The notes under the pieces were generated by a model. It saw nothing but the letters and a program-made list of their open reading frames with translations. It ran no database searches and was not told where the DNA came from. A DNA stretch of 64,000 nt from Nemertoderma westbladi (lineage: Eukaryota > Animalia > Xenacoelomorpha): assembly GCA_032718475.1 (NCBI GenBank), contig JAUCBJ010009137.1, positions 42,286 to 106,285 on the forward strand, given 5' to 3'. Within the stretch, counting starts at the first letter, position 1, and every line of letters begins with the position of its first letter. This document shows positions 49,601 through 62,440 of this stretch, piece after piece. A program made the translations under genes and the position numbers.

Positions 49601-52600
49601 TCAGCTGAATTACTCTTCCCAATGCATTCTATGGGAATATCTCACTCTGCTAATGTAAGCTGAATGACTGTTACGTACACGGTGAGTTGGCTACATTAAT
49701 GCCAACATCATTGCAAAATGTTTTATTGTTGGATTACTCTGTCAGTCACCCCTTCAGAACATTGTATAGGGAATTTACTTTAGTTTACTCTACTGTGCCA
49801 TTCAGCTGAATGGATTTGAGCGATTGCCAAGTTACAGAGTTGGATCATTCTCTGACCATAGGCAAAGACATCAAATCTTTTTAAAAAGATACTTTTTCCA
49901 TGTTTTTTTTTCTGACCAAAAATTTCAAAAAAATTTTTTTCATAGCCAGTACTGTCAATCGATTTGCCATCAAAAATAACGCAAAAATTTTTTTTTGCAA
50001 AATTTTAAATTACTGTAAATTTTTGGCGACTGGGGGGGGGGTCAATTTTTTTCGATCTGCTATAACTCCGGAACGCTTTGTCCAAATTCGATGGGGTTTT
50101 TATTTTTCAACTTAATTCGATGTCCTCTTTCAGCCTATCCATGTTTCGAAAACCCAAACAGCGCCGTTCAAAAATTAATTTTTTCTAGTTCTAGAATTTT
50201 ACAAATTTCAAAAAAGTTGCAGTATTTTATTAACGCCTGTACGGAATTCGATAGCGTTTTCGATTTTTATATTAAACGCAATATCCTGAATCTCATTAGC
50301 CTAGTTTCGCGTCACCAATGCCAAGACTTCATACTTTTTGAGGAAAATTTTTCTAGAATAATTTTTATTTAATTACATTTATAGCGATTTCTTATTACTG
50401 GTTGCACATGAATTGAGTTTTCAATTTATTAACTAAACACGATATCGCGCATCGCACCAGCGTGGTTTCGAAATTCCAAAACGAGGTCTTCACTAGTTGC
50501 AGGTCGATTTTGTTCCAGAATTGAGCAACTAATAATAGATCGAATTTAATATCAATTATGGTATGAAATATGATTGTATTTTTACATAATGATTAGTTCT
50601 ATACTAATTATCGTTGTCTCTTTTATTTAAAATAAAAAGTCGGTTCCTTATCAGGCCGCTAGGCCCGTCACTAGTTGCCAAGTTACCGAGTGGAATCTCT
50701 CTCTCTGACCATAGGTAAATAACACTTTCCTTCAGACCATAGGCAAACATTGTTGATGGAATTTACATTTGATTGATGACTTCCGACTTGCTTAACGGCG
50801 TCTTGACGCCGTCTCTAGTTAGCAAGTCGTAGGACTTGATTACTGTAAGAATTGTTGGCTGATTGACTGGCTGACTGACTGGCTGGCTGATCTACAGCCA
50901 AAACTACTCTAACGATTTTGATGAAATTTTCACAGCAGCTAGATACCGCGATTCTAAGGTCCCTGGCATGATCGGCTACTCCGTCCATAGCCTCTGGGCT
51001 CGAAAAATAGAGATAAACGAAAAAACGCCATAGGGGCCGTCCAAGTATGACGTCTGCACTTTTCCCCAAAATGTTGACCCCCTCCCTCCCCTAAATCAGA
51101 TGTCATCAGATAGGCGTAGACCCCCCCCCCCCCCCCCTAAATCAGATTTAAAAAAAATTTTGTAATAAACTATTATATTATGAAGATTATTTATAATCAC
51201 TTCTAAATCATTCAAATCGTCCTAATCACTGAAACATGGTGACTGGTAACTGAAACAGAAGGTTGTGCTACGGGCCTTCGGGGGCTTCGAACAATTAAAA
51301 TTTACTCTTCTGCTATATCTCTTCTAGCACCTATAAATGAACATGCTGACGTCAGATTTTGGCTGACCCCCTCCCCTCCCCTCATCAGCACGTCATCAGA
51401 TTTTCCCAACCCCCCTCCCCCCCCTAAAGTGCTGACGTCATACTTGGACGGCCCCATAGGCGCAATGGTAAAATAACACCAATGACAGCTTGTTGATTGA
51501 TGACTTCCGACTTGCTTAACGGCGTCTTGACGCCGTCTCTAGTTAGGAACCGAGAGGTTCATTACTGTAAGAATTGTTGGCTGACTGGCTGGCTGGTTAA
51601 TCTATAGCCAAAACTACTCTAACGATTTTGATGAAATTTTCACAGCGGCTGGATACCGCGATTCTAAGGTCCCTGGTATGTTCCGCTATTTCGTCCATGA
51701 GCCGTGGGCTCGAAAAATAGACATAAACGAAAAAACGCCATAGGCGCAATGGTAAAATAACACCAATAACAGCTGGTGTCGTGATGAAAAATGGCTTATG
51801 TAATGGATTTCTACACAAGGCTTAGTATAAATCGATGAGGTTGCCAAGATTATTGTACTTAGTACACCCATACTGTTTGTTTAGGCCCTAGGACACTCTG
51901 TCAAAGCAAATATTAACTGGTTGGTTTAGTTAGAAATCTATTATCGCCTCAGCTGAATTACTCTTCCCAATGCATTCTATGAGAATATCTCACTCTGCTA
52001 ATGTAAGCTGAATGACTTTAAGTACACAGTGTGTTGGCTACATTAATGTCAACATTATTGCAAAATGTTTTATTGTTGGACTCTCTGTCAGTCTCCCCTT
52101 CAGAACATTGTATAGGGAATATACTTTAGTTTACTCTACTGTGCCATTCAGCTGAATGGATTTGAGCGATTGCCAAGTTACAGAGTTGGATCATTCTCTG
52201 ACCATAGGCAAAGACATCAAATCTTTTTAAGAATATACTTTTTCCATGTTTTTTTTTCTGACCAAAAATTTCAAAAAAAATTTTTCGTAGCCAGTACTGC
52301 CAATCGATTCGCCATCAAAAATAACGCAAAAATTTTTTTTTGCAAAATTTTAAATTACTGTAAATTTTTGGCGACTGGGGGGGGTCAATTTTTTTCGATC
52401 CGCTATAACTCCGGAACGCTTTGTCCAAATTCGATGGGGTTTTCATTTTTCAACTTAATTCGATGTCCTCTTTCAGCCTATCCATGTTTCGAAACCCCAA
52501 ACAGCGCCGTTCAAAAATTATTTTTTTCTAGTTCTAGAATTTTACAAATTTCAAAAAAGTTGCAGTATTTTATTAACGCCTTTACGGAATTCGATAGCGT

Positions 52601-55600
52601 TTTCGATTTTTATATTAAACGCAATATCCTGAATCTCACTAGCCTAGTTTCGCGTCACCAATGCCAAGACTTCATACTTTTTGAGGAAAATTTTTCTAGA
52701 ATAATTTTTATTTAATTACATTTATCGCGATTTCTTATTACTGGTTGCACATGAATTGATGGAGTTTTCAATTTATTAACTAAACACGATATCGCGCATC
52801 GCACCAGCGTGGTTTCGAAATTACCAAAACGAGGTCTTCACTAGTTGCAGGTCGATTTTGTTCTAGAATTGAGCAACTAATAATATATCGAATTTATTAA
52901 TAATTATTGTATGAAATATGATTGTATTTTTACATAACTATTAGTTCTATACTAATTCTCGTTGTCTCTTTTATTTAAAATAAAAAGTCGGTTCCTTATC
53001 GGGCCACTAGGCCCGTCACTAGTTAGGAACCGAGAGGTTCATTACTGTAAGAATTGTTTGCTGATTGATTGACTGGCTGACTGACTGATCTACAGCCAAA
53101 ACTACTCTAACGATTTTGATGAAATTTTCACAGCGGCTAGATACCGCGATTCTAAGGTCCCTGGTATGTTCCGCTATTTCGTCCATGAGCCGTGGGCTCG
53201 AAAAATAGACATAAACGAAAAAACGCCATAGGCGCAATGGTAAAATAACACCAATGACAGCTGGTGTCGTGATGAAAAATGGCTTATGTAATGCATTTCT
53301 ACAGAAGGCTTAGTATAAATCGATGAGGTTGCCAAGATTATTGTACTTAGTACACCCATACTGTTTGTTTAGGCCCTGCACTCTCTGTCAAAGCAAACAT
53401 TAAATGGTGGTTGGTTTAGTTTGAAATCTATTATCGCCTCAGCTGAATTACTCTTCCCAATGCATTCTATGAGAATATCTCACTCTGCTAATGTAAGCTG
53501 AATGACAGTTACATAGACAGTGAGTTGGCTACATTAATGCAAACATTATTGCAAAATGTTTTATTGGTTGGATTACTCTCTGTCAGTCTCCCCTTCAGAA
53601 CATTGTATAGGGAATTTACTTTAGTTTACTCTAATGTGCCATTCAGCTGAATGGATTTGAGCGATTGCCAAGTTACAGAGTTGGATCATTCTCTGACCAT
53701 AGGCAAAGACATCAAATCTTTTTAAAAATATACTTTTTCTGTTTTTTTTTCTGACCAAAAATTTCAAAAAAAATTTTTTCGTAGCCAGTACTGCCAATCG
53801 ATTCGCCATCAAAAATAACGCAAAAAAATTTTTTTGCAAAATTTTAAATTACTGTAAATTTTTGGCGACTGGGGGGGGTCCATTTTTTTCGATCCGCTAT
53901 AACTCCGGAACGCTTTGTCCAAATTCGATGGGGTTTTCATTTTTCAACTTAATTCGATGTCCTCTTTCAGCCTATCCATGTTTCCAAACCCCAAACAGCG
54001 CCGTTCAAAAATTAATTTTTTCCAGTTCTAGAATTTTACAAATTTCAAAAAAGTTGCAGTATTTTATTAACGCCTTTACGAAATTTGATAGCGTTTTCGA
54101 TTTTTATATTAAACGCAATATCCTGAATCTCACTAGCCTAGTTTCGCGTCACCAATGCCAAGACTTCATACTTTTTGAGGTAAATTTTTCTAGAATAATT
54201 TTTATTTAATTACATTTATCGCGATTTCTTATTACTGGTTGCACATGAATTGATGGAGTTATCAATTTATTAACTAAACACGATATCGCGCATCGCACCA
54301 GCGTGGTTTCGAAATTCCAAAACGAGTTCTTCACTAGTTGCAGGTCGATTTTGTTCTAGAATTGAGCAACTAATAATAGATCGAATTTATTAATAATTAT
54401 TGTATGAAATGTGATTGTATTTTTACATAATTATTAGTTCTATACTAATTCTCGTTGTCTCTTTTATTTAAAATAAAAAGTCGGTTCCTTATCGGGCCGC
54501 TAGGCCCGTCACTAGTTAGGAACCGAGAGGTTCATTACTGTAAGAATTGTTGGCTGACTGGCTAATCTACAGCCAAAACTACTCTAACGATTTTGATGAA
54601 ATTTTCACAGCGGCTAGATACCGCGATTCTAAGGTCCCTGGTATGTTCCGCTATTTCGTCCATGAGCCGTGGGCTCGAAAAATAGACATAAACGAAAAAA
54701 CGCCATTGGCGCAATGGTAAAATAACACCAATAACAGCTGGTGTCGTGATGAAAAATGGCTTATGTAATGCATTTCTACAGAAGGCTTAGTAATAAATCG
54801 ATGAGGTTGCAAAGATTATTATACTCAGTACACCCATACTGTTTGTATAGGCCACCACTCTCTGTCAAAGCAAACATTAACTCGTTGGTTTAGTTTGAAA
54901 TCTAATATTGCCTCAGCTGAATTACTCTTCCCAATGCGTTCTATGCGAATATCTCACTCTGCTAATGTAAGCTGAATGACTTAAGTACACAGTGTGTTGG
55001 CTACATTAATGCCAACATTATTGCAAAATGTTTTATTGTTGGAATACTCTCTGTCAGTCTCCCCTTCAGAACATTGTATAGGGAATTTACTTTAGTTTAC
55101 TCTACTGTGCCATTCAGCTGAATGGATTTGAGCGATTGCCAAGTACAGAGTTGGATCATTCTCTGACCATCATCAAAGACATCAAATCTTTTTAAAAATA
55201 TACTTTTTCCATGTTTTTTTTCTGACCAAAAATTTCAAAAAAAAATTTTTGTAGCCAGTACTGCCAATCGATTCGCCATCAAAAATAACGCAAAAATTTT
55301 TTTTTGCAAAATTTTAAATTACTGTAAATTTTTGGCGACTGGGGGGGGGTCAATTTTTTTCGATCCGCTATAACTCCGGAACGCTTTGTCCAAATTCGAT
55401 GGGGTTTTCATTTTTCAACTTAATTCGATGTCCTCTTTCAGCCTATCCATGTTTTGAAACACCAAACAGCGCCGTTCAAAAATTATTTTTTTCTAGTTCT
55501 AGAATTTTACAAATTTCAAAAAAGTTGCAGTATTTTATTAACGCCTTTACGGAATTCGATAGCGTTTTCGATTTTTATATTACACGCAATATCCTGAATC

Positions 55601-58600
55601 TCACTAGCCTAGTTTCACGCCACCAATGCCAAGACTTCATACTTTTTGAGGAAAATTTTTCTAGAATAATTTTTATTTAATTACATTTATCGCGATTTCT
55701 TATTACTGGATGCACATGAATTGATGGAGTTATCAATTTATTAACTAAACACGATATCGCGCATCGCACTAGCGTGGTTTCGAAATTCCAAAACGAGGTC
55801 TTCACTAGTTGCAGGTCGATTTTGTTCTAGAATGGAGCAACTAATAATAGATCGAATTTATTAATAATTATTGTATGAAATATGATTGTATTTTTACATA
55901 ATTATTAGTTCTATACTAATTCTCGTTGTCTCTTTTATTTAAAATAAAAAGTCGGTTCCTTATCGGGCCGCTAGGCCCGTCACTAGTTAGGAACCGAGAG
56001 GTTCATTACTGTAAGAATTGCTCGTGGCTGGCTGACTGATTCATTGATTGACTGACCTACAGCCAAAACTACACTAACGATTTTGATGAAATTTTCACAG
56101 CGGCTAGATACCGCGATTCTAAGGTCCCTGGTATGTTCCGCTATTTCGTCCATGAGCCGTGGGCTCGAAAAATAGACATAAACGAAAAACGCCATAGGCG
56201 CAATGGTAAAATAACACCAATAACAGCTGGTGTCGTGATGAAAAATGGCTTATGTAATGGATTTCTACACAAGGCTTAGTATAAATCGATGAGGTTGCCA
56301 AGATTATTGTACTTAGTACACCCATACTGTTTGTTTAGGCCCTAGGACACTCTGTCAAAGCAAATATTAACTGGTTGGTTTAGTTTGAAATCTATTATCG
56401 CCTCAGCTGAATTACTCTTCCCAATGCACTCTATAGGAATATCTCCCTCTGCTAATGTAAGCTGAATGACTTAAGTACACAGTGTGTTGGCTACATTAAT
56501 GTCAACATTATTGCAAAATGTTTTATTGTTGGATTACTCTCTGTTAGTCTCCACTTCAGAACATTGTATAGGGAATTTACTTTAGTTTACTCTACTGTGC
56601 CATTCAGCTGAATGGATTTGAGCGATTGCCAAGTTACAGAGTTGGATCATTCTCTGACCATTAGGCAAAGACATCAAATCTTTTTAAAAATATACTTTTT
56701 CCATGTTTTATTTTCTGACCAAAAATTTCAAAAAAAAGTTTTCATAGCCAGTACTGTCAATCGATTTGCCATCAAAAATAACGCTAAAATTTTTTTTTGC
56801 AAAATTTTAAATTACTGTAAATTTTTGGCGACTGGGGGGGGGGGGGGGTAAATTTTTTTCGATCTGCTATATCTCCGGAACGCTTTGTCCAAATTCGATG
56901 GGGTTTTTATTTTTCAACTTAATTCGATGTCCTCTTTCAGCCTATCCATGCTTCGAAACCCCAAACAGCGCCGTTCAAAAATTAATTTTTTCTAGTTCTA
57001 GAATTTTACAAATTTCAAAAAAGTTGCAGTATTTCATTAACGCCTTTACCGAATTCGATAGCGTTTTCGATTTTTACATTAAACGCAATATCCTGAATCT
57101 CACTAGCCTAGTTTCGCGTCACCAATGCCAAGACTTCGTACTTTTTGAGGAAAATTTTTCTAGAATAATGTTTATTTAATTACATTTATCGCGATTTCTT
57201 ATTACTGGTTGCACATGAATTGATGGAGTTTTCAATTTATTAACTAAACACGATATCGCGCATCGCACCAGCGTGGTTTCGAAATTCCAAAACGAGGTCT
57301 TCACTGGTTGCAGGTCGATTTTGTTCTAGAATTGAGCAACTAATAATAGATCGAATTTATTAATAATTATTGTATGAAATATGATTGTATTTTTACATAA
57401 TTATTAGTTCTATACTAATTCTCGTTGTCTCTTTTATTATTTAAAATAAAAAGTCGGTTCCTTATCGGGCCGCTTGGCCCATCACTAATTAGCAAGTCGT
57501 TAGACTTGATTACTTTAAGAATTGTTGACTGACTGGCTGGCTGGCTGACTGACTGGCTGACTGACTGATCTACAGCCAAAACTACTCTAACGATTTTGAT
57601 GAAATTTTCACAGCATCTAGATACCGCGATTCTAAGGTCCCTGGCATGATCGGCTACTCCGTCCATAGCCTCTGGGCTCGAAAAATAGAGATAAACGAAA
57701 AAAACGCCACAGGCGCAATGGTAAAATAACACCCATGACAGCTGGTGTCCTGATGAAAAATGGCTTATATAATGGATTTCTACACAAGGCTTAGTATAAA
57801 TCGATGAGGTTGCCAAGATTATTATACTTAGTACACCCATACTGTTTGTTTAGGCCCTACCAACCATTCTCTGGCAAAGCAAACATTAACTGGTTGGTTT
57901 GCTATTCTATAGGGAGCCACCTAACAAGGAAGTACATACAGTGCCAACTTTATAATCATTCACTGGGTTAGCCGGCTCTTACAGCCTCAGCTGAATAACT
58001 CTTCCCAATGCTTTCTATGGCGATCTACAAGGTTACTCTCTCTTCTATGTTAATTGACGTGTAAGCTGATTGACTGTTAGTTACACAGTGTGTTGGGTAC
58101 TATTGGATTGCACTGTATTTATAATAATAATTGTTTTATTTTTAAATCTTTCGGCCAACATTAATTCTGTGGAGGCAGTATGCTTATAAGGTGGAATGTT
58201 TACTCAGCCTCATACTGATACTCTGTAAGGCTAACACTAACATTATAGTTTGAAATATATATATCACTGCTTATTATCTGTATCAGGTTACACACTGTGG
58301 CATTTTAAATGTTTTATACTGTAGGTGATTGACATTAGTGTAAGCTGAATGACTGTTAGTTCCTTCAGACCATAAGCAAACATTGTTGAGGTAATTTAGT
58401 TTAGTTCACTCTACTGTGCCATTCAACTGAATGAATTTGAGCAATTGCCAAATTACAGAGTGGGATCTCTCTCTGACCATAGGTAAATAGCACTTCCATT
58501 CTGACCATAGGTAAACATTGTTGAGGGAATTTACATTTGATTGATGACTTCCGACTTGCTTAACGGCGTCTTGACGCCGTCTCTAGTTAGGAACCGAGAG

Positions 58601-61600
58601 GTTCATTACTGTAAGAATTGTTGGCTGATTGATTGATTGATTGATTGACTGGCTAATCTATAGCCAAAACTACTCTAACGATTTATTTTCACAGCGGCTA
58701 GATACCACGATTCTAAGGTCCCTGGTATGTTCCGCTATTTCGTCCATGAGCCGTGGGCTCGAAAAATAGATATAAACGAAAAAACGCCATAGGCGCAATG
58801 GTAAAATAACAGCAATAACAGCTGGTGTCGTGATGAAAAATGGCTTATGTAATGGATTTCTACACAAGGCTTAGTATAAATCGATGAGGTTGCCAAGATT
58901 ATTGTACTTAGTACACCCATACTGTTTGTTTAGGCCCTAGGACACTCTGTCAAAGCAAATATTAACTGGTTGGTTTAATTTGAAATCTAATATCGCCTCA
59001 GCTGAATTACTCTTCCCAATGCAATCTATGGGAATATCTCACTCTGCTAATGTAAGCTGAATGACTGTTACGTACACAGTGAGTTGGCTACATTAATGTC
59101 AACATTATTGCAAAATGTTTTATTGTTGGATTACTCTCTGTCAGTCTCCCCTTCAGAACATTGTATAGTGAATTTACTTTAGTTTACTCTACTGTGCCAT
59201 TCAGCTGAATGGATTTGAGCGATTGCCAAGTTACAGAGTTGGATCATTATCTGACCATAGGCAAAGACATCAAATATTTTTAAAAAGATACTTTTTCCAT
59301 GTTTTTTTTTCTTACCAAATATTTCAAAAAAAAATTTTTCATAGCCAGTACTGTCAATCGATTTGCCATCAAAAATAACGCAAAAAATTTTTTTTGCAAA
59401 ATTTTAAATTACTGTAAATTTTTGGCGACTGGGGGGGGGGGGGTCAATTTTTTTCGATCCGCTATAACTCCGGAACGCTTTGTCCAAATTCGATGGGGTT
59501 TTTATTTTTCAACTTAATTCGATGTCCTCTTTCAGCCTATCCATGTTTCGAAAACCCAAACAGCGCCGTTCAAAAATTAATTTTTTCTAGTTCTAGAATT
59601 TTACAAATTTCAAAAAAGTTGCAGTATTTTATTAACGCCTGTACGGAATTCGATAGCGTTTTCGATTTTTATATTAAACGCAATATCCTGAATCTCACTA
59701 GCCTAGTTTCGCGTCACCAACGCCAAGACTTCATACTTTTTGAGGAAAATTTTTCTAGAATAATTTTTATTTAATTACATTTATCGCGATTTCTTTTACT
59801 GGTTGCACATGAATTGATGGAGTTTTCCATTTATTAACTAAACACGATATCGCGCATCGCACCAGCGTGGTTTCGAAATTCCAAAACGAGGTCTTCACTA
59901 GTTGCAGGTCGATTTTGTTCTAGAATTGAGTAACTAATAATAGATCGAATTTATTAATAATTATTGTATAAAATATGATTGTATTTTTACATAATTATTA
60001 GTTCTATAATAATTCTCGTTGTCTCTTTTATTTGAAATAAAAAGTCGGTTCCTTATCGGGCCGCTAGGCCCGTCACTAGTTAGGAACCGAGAGGTTCATT
60101 ACTGTAAGAATTGCTCGTGGCTGGCTGGCTGACTGACTGGCTGGCTGGCTGACTGGCTGGCTGATCTTGCCAAGAATATTGTACTTAGTACACCCATACT
60201 GTTTGTTTAGGCCCTAGAACACTCTGTCAAAGCAAATATTAACGGGTTGGTTTAGTTTGAAATCTAATATCGCCTCAGCTGAATTACTCTTCCCAATGCA
60301 ATATATGGAAATATCTCACTCTGCTAATGTAAGCTGAATGACTGTCATAGTACACAGTGAGTTGGCTACATTAATGCCAACATTATTGCAAAATGTTTTA
60401 TTGTTGGATTACTCTCTGTCAGTCACCCCTTCAGAACATTGTATAGGGAATTTACTTTAGTTTACTCTACTGTGCCATTCAGCTGAATGGATTTGAGCGA
60501 TTGCCAAGTTACAGAGTTGGATCATTCTCTGACCATAGGCAAAGACATCAAATCTTTTTAAGAATATACTTTTTCCATGTTTTTTTTCTGACCAAAAATT
60601 TCAAAAAAAATTTTTCGTAGCCAGTACTGCCAATCGATTCGCCATCAAAAATAACGCAAAAAATTTTTTTTGCAAAATTTTAAATTACTGTAAATTTTTG
60701 GCGACTGGGGGGGGTCAATTTTTTTCGATCCGCTATAACTCCGGAACGCTTTGTCCAAATTCGATGGGGTTTTCATTTTTCAACTTAATTCGATGTCCTC
60801 TTTCAGCCTATCCATGTTTCGAAACCCCAAACAGCGCCGTTCAAAAATTATTTTTTTCTAGTTCTAGAATTTTACAAATTTCAAAAAAGTTGCAGTATTT
60901 TATTAACGCCTTTACGGAATTCGATAGCGTTTTCGATTTTTATATTAAACGCAATATCCTGAATCTCACTAGCCTAGTTTCGCGTCACCAATGCCAAGAT
61001 TTCATACTTTTTGAGGAAAATTTTTCTAGAATAATTTTTATTTAATTACATTTATCGCGATTTCTTATTACTGATTGCACATGAATTGATGGAGTTTTCA
61101 ATTTATTAACTAAACACGATATTGCGCATCGCACCAGCGTGGTTTCGAAATTCCAAAACGAGGTCTTCACTAGTTGCAGGTCGATTTTGTTCTAGAATTG
61201 AGCAACTAATAATGGATCGAATTTATTAATAATTATTGTATGAAATATGATTGTATTTTTACATAATTATTAGTTCTATACTAATTCTCGTTGTCTCTTT
61301 TATTTAAAATAAAAAGTCGGTTCCTTATCGGGCCGCTAGGCCCGTCACTAGTTAGGAACCGAGAGGTTCATTACTGTAAGAATTGTTGGCTGATTGACTG
61401 GCTGGCTGACTGACTGACTGATCTACAGCCAAAACTACTCTAACGATTTTGATGAAATTTTTACAGCAGCTAGATACCGCGATTCTAAGGTCCCTGGCAT
61501 GATCGGCTACTCCGTCCATAGCCTCTGGGCTCGAAAAATAGAGATAAACGAAAAAACGCCATAGGCGCAATGGTAAAATAACACCAATGACAGCTGGTGT

Positions 61601-62400
61601 TGTCCTGATGAAAAATGGCTTATGTAATGTAATTCTACACAAGGCTTATAAATCGATGAGGTTGCCAAGATTATTATACTTAGTACACCCATACTGTTTG
61701 TTTAGGCCCTACCAACCACTCACCACTCTCTGGCAAAGCAAACATTAACTGGTTGGTTTAGTTTGAAATCTAGTATCGCCTCAGATGAATAACTCTTCCC
61801 AATGCATTCTAGGGGAGTATCCAAGTTTCTCCCTCTGCTAATGTAAGCTGAATGACTGAAGTACAGTGTGTTGGCTACATTAATGCCAACATTATTGCAA
61901 AATGTTTTAGTGTTGGATTACTCTCTGTCAGTCTCCCCTTCAGAACATTGTGTAGGGAATTTACTTTAGTTTACTCTACTGTGCCATTCAGCTGAATGGA
62001 TTTGAGCGATTGCCAAGTACAGAGTTGGCATAGGCAAAGACATCAAATATTATTAAAAATATACTTTTTCCATGTTTTTTTTTCTGACCTAAAATTTCAA
62101 AAAAAAATTTCTCGTAGCCAGTACTGCCAATCGATTGGCCATCAAAAATAACGCAAAAATTTTTTTTCCAAAATTTTAAATTACTGTAAATTTTTGGCGA
62201 CTGGGGGGGGGGTCAATTTTTTTCGATCCGCTATAACTCCGGAACGCTTTGTCCAAATTCGATGGGGTTTTTATTTTTCAACTTAATTCGATGTCCTAGT
62301 TTGAAATCTATTATCGCCTCAGCTGAATTACTCTTCCCAATGCACTCTATGGGAATATCTCCCTCTGCTAATGTAAGCTGAATGACTTAAGTACAGTGTG
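42585..62400 (+). mobile_element. Head-to-tail array of non-autonomous Helentron/DINE-1-like elements, families A (~1.5 kb) and B (~1.1 kb)
   Basis: A units: 43579-45078, 45086-46587, 47685-49175, 49176-50674, 51543-53022, 53023-54515, 54516-55986, 55987-57488, 58587-60079, 60080-61351, partials 42585-43578 and 61352-62400. B units: 46588-47684, 50819-51542 (internally deleted), 57489-58586, 3' fragment 50675-50818. Units have subterminal inverted repeats, a 5' hairpin, a GGCT/GACT microsatellite, a 3' GC-rich hairpin and a CTAG end. Confidence 0.85.
51033..51455. mobile_element. PIF/Harbinger (Tourist-like) MITE inserted in a family B unit
   Basis: ~30-bp TIR GGGGCCGTCCAAGTATGACGTC(T/A)GCACTTT; 3-bp TSD ATA (51030-51032, 51456-51458); empty site CGCCATAGGCGC seen in sister units. 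Confidence 0.9.
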
Positions 62401-62440
62401 TGTTCGCGCTTTCAGACCTTTGGCAGTTTAACCCGCCAAA

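Noticed and set aside
42729-61692. Recurrent 60-180 aa ORFs in the array
   Set aside because: Frames are broken by homopolymer and microsatellite indels between units; no motifs.
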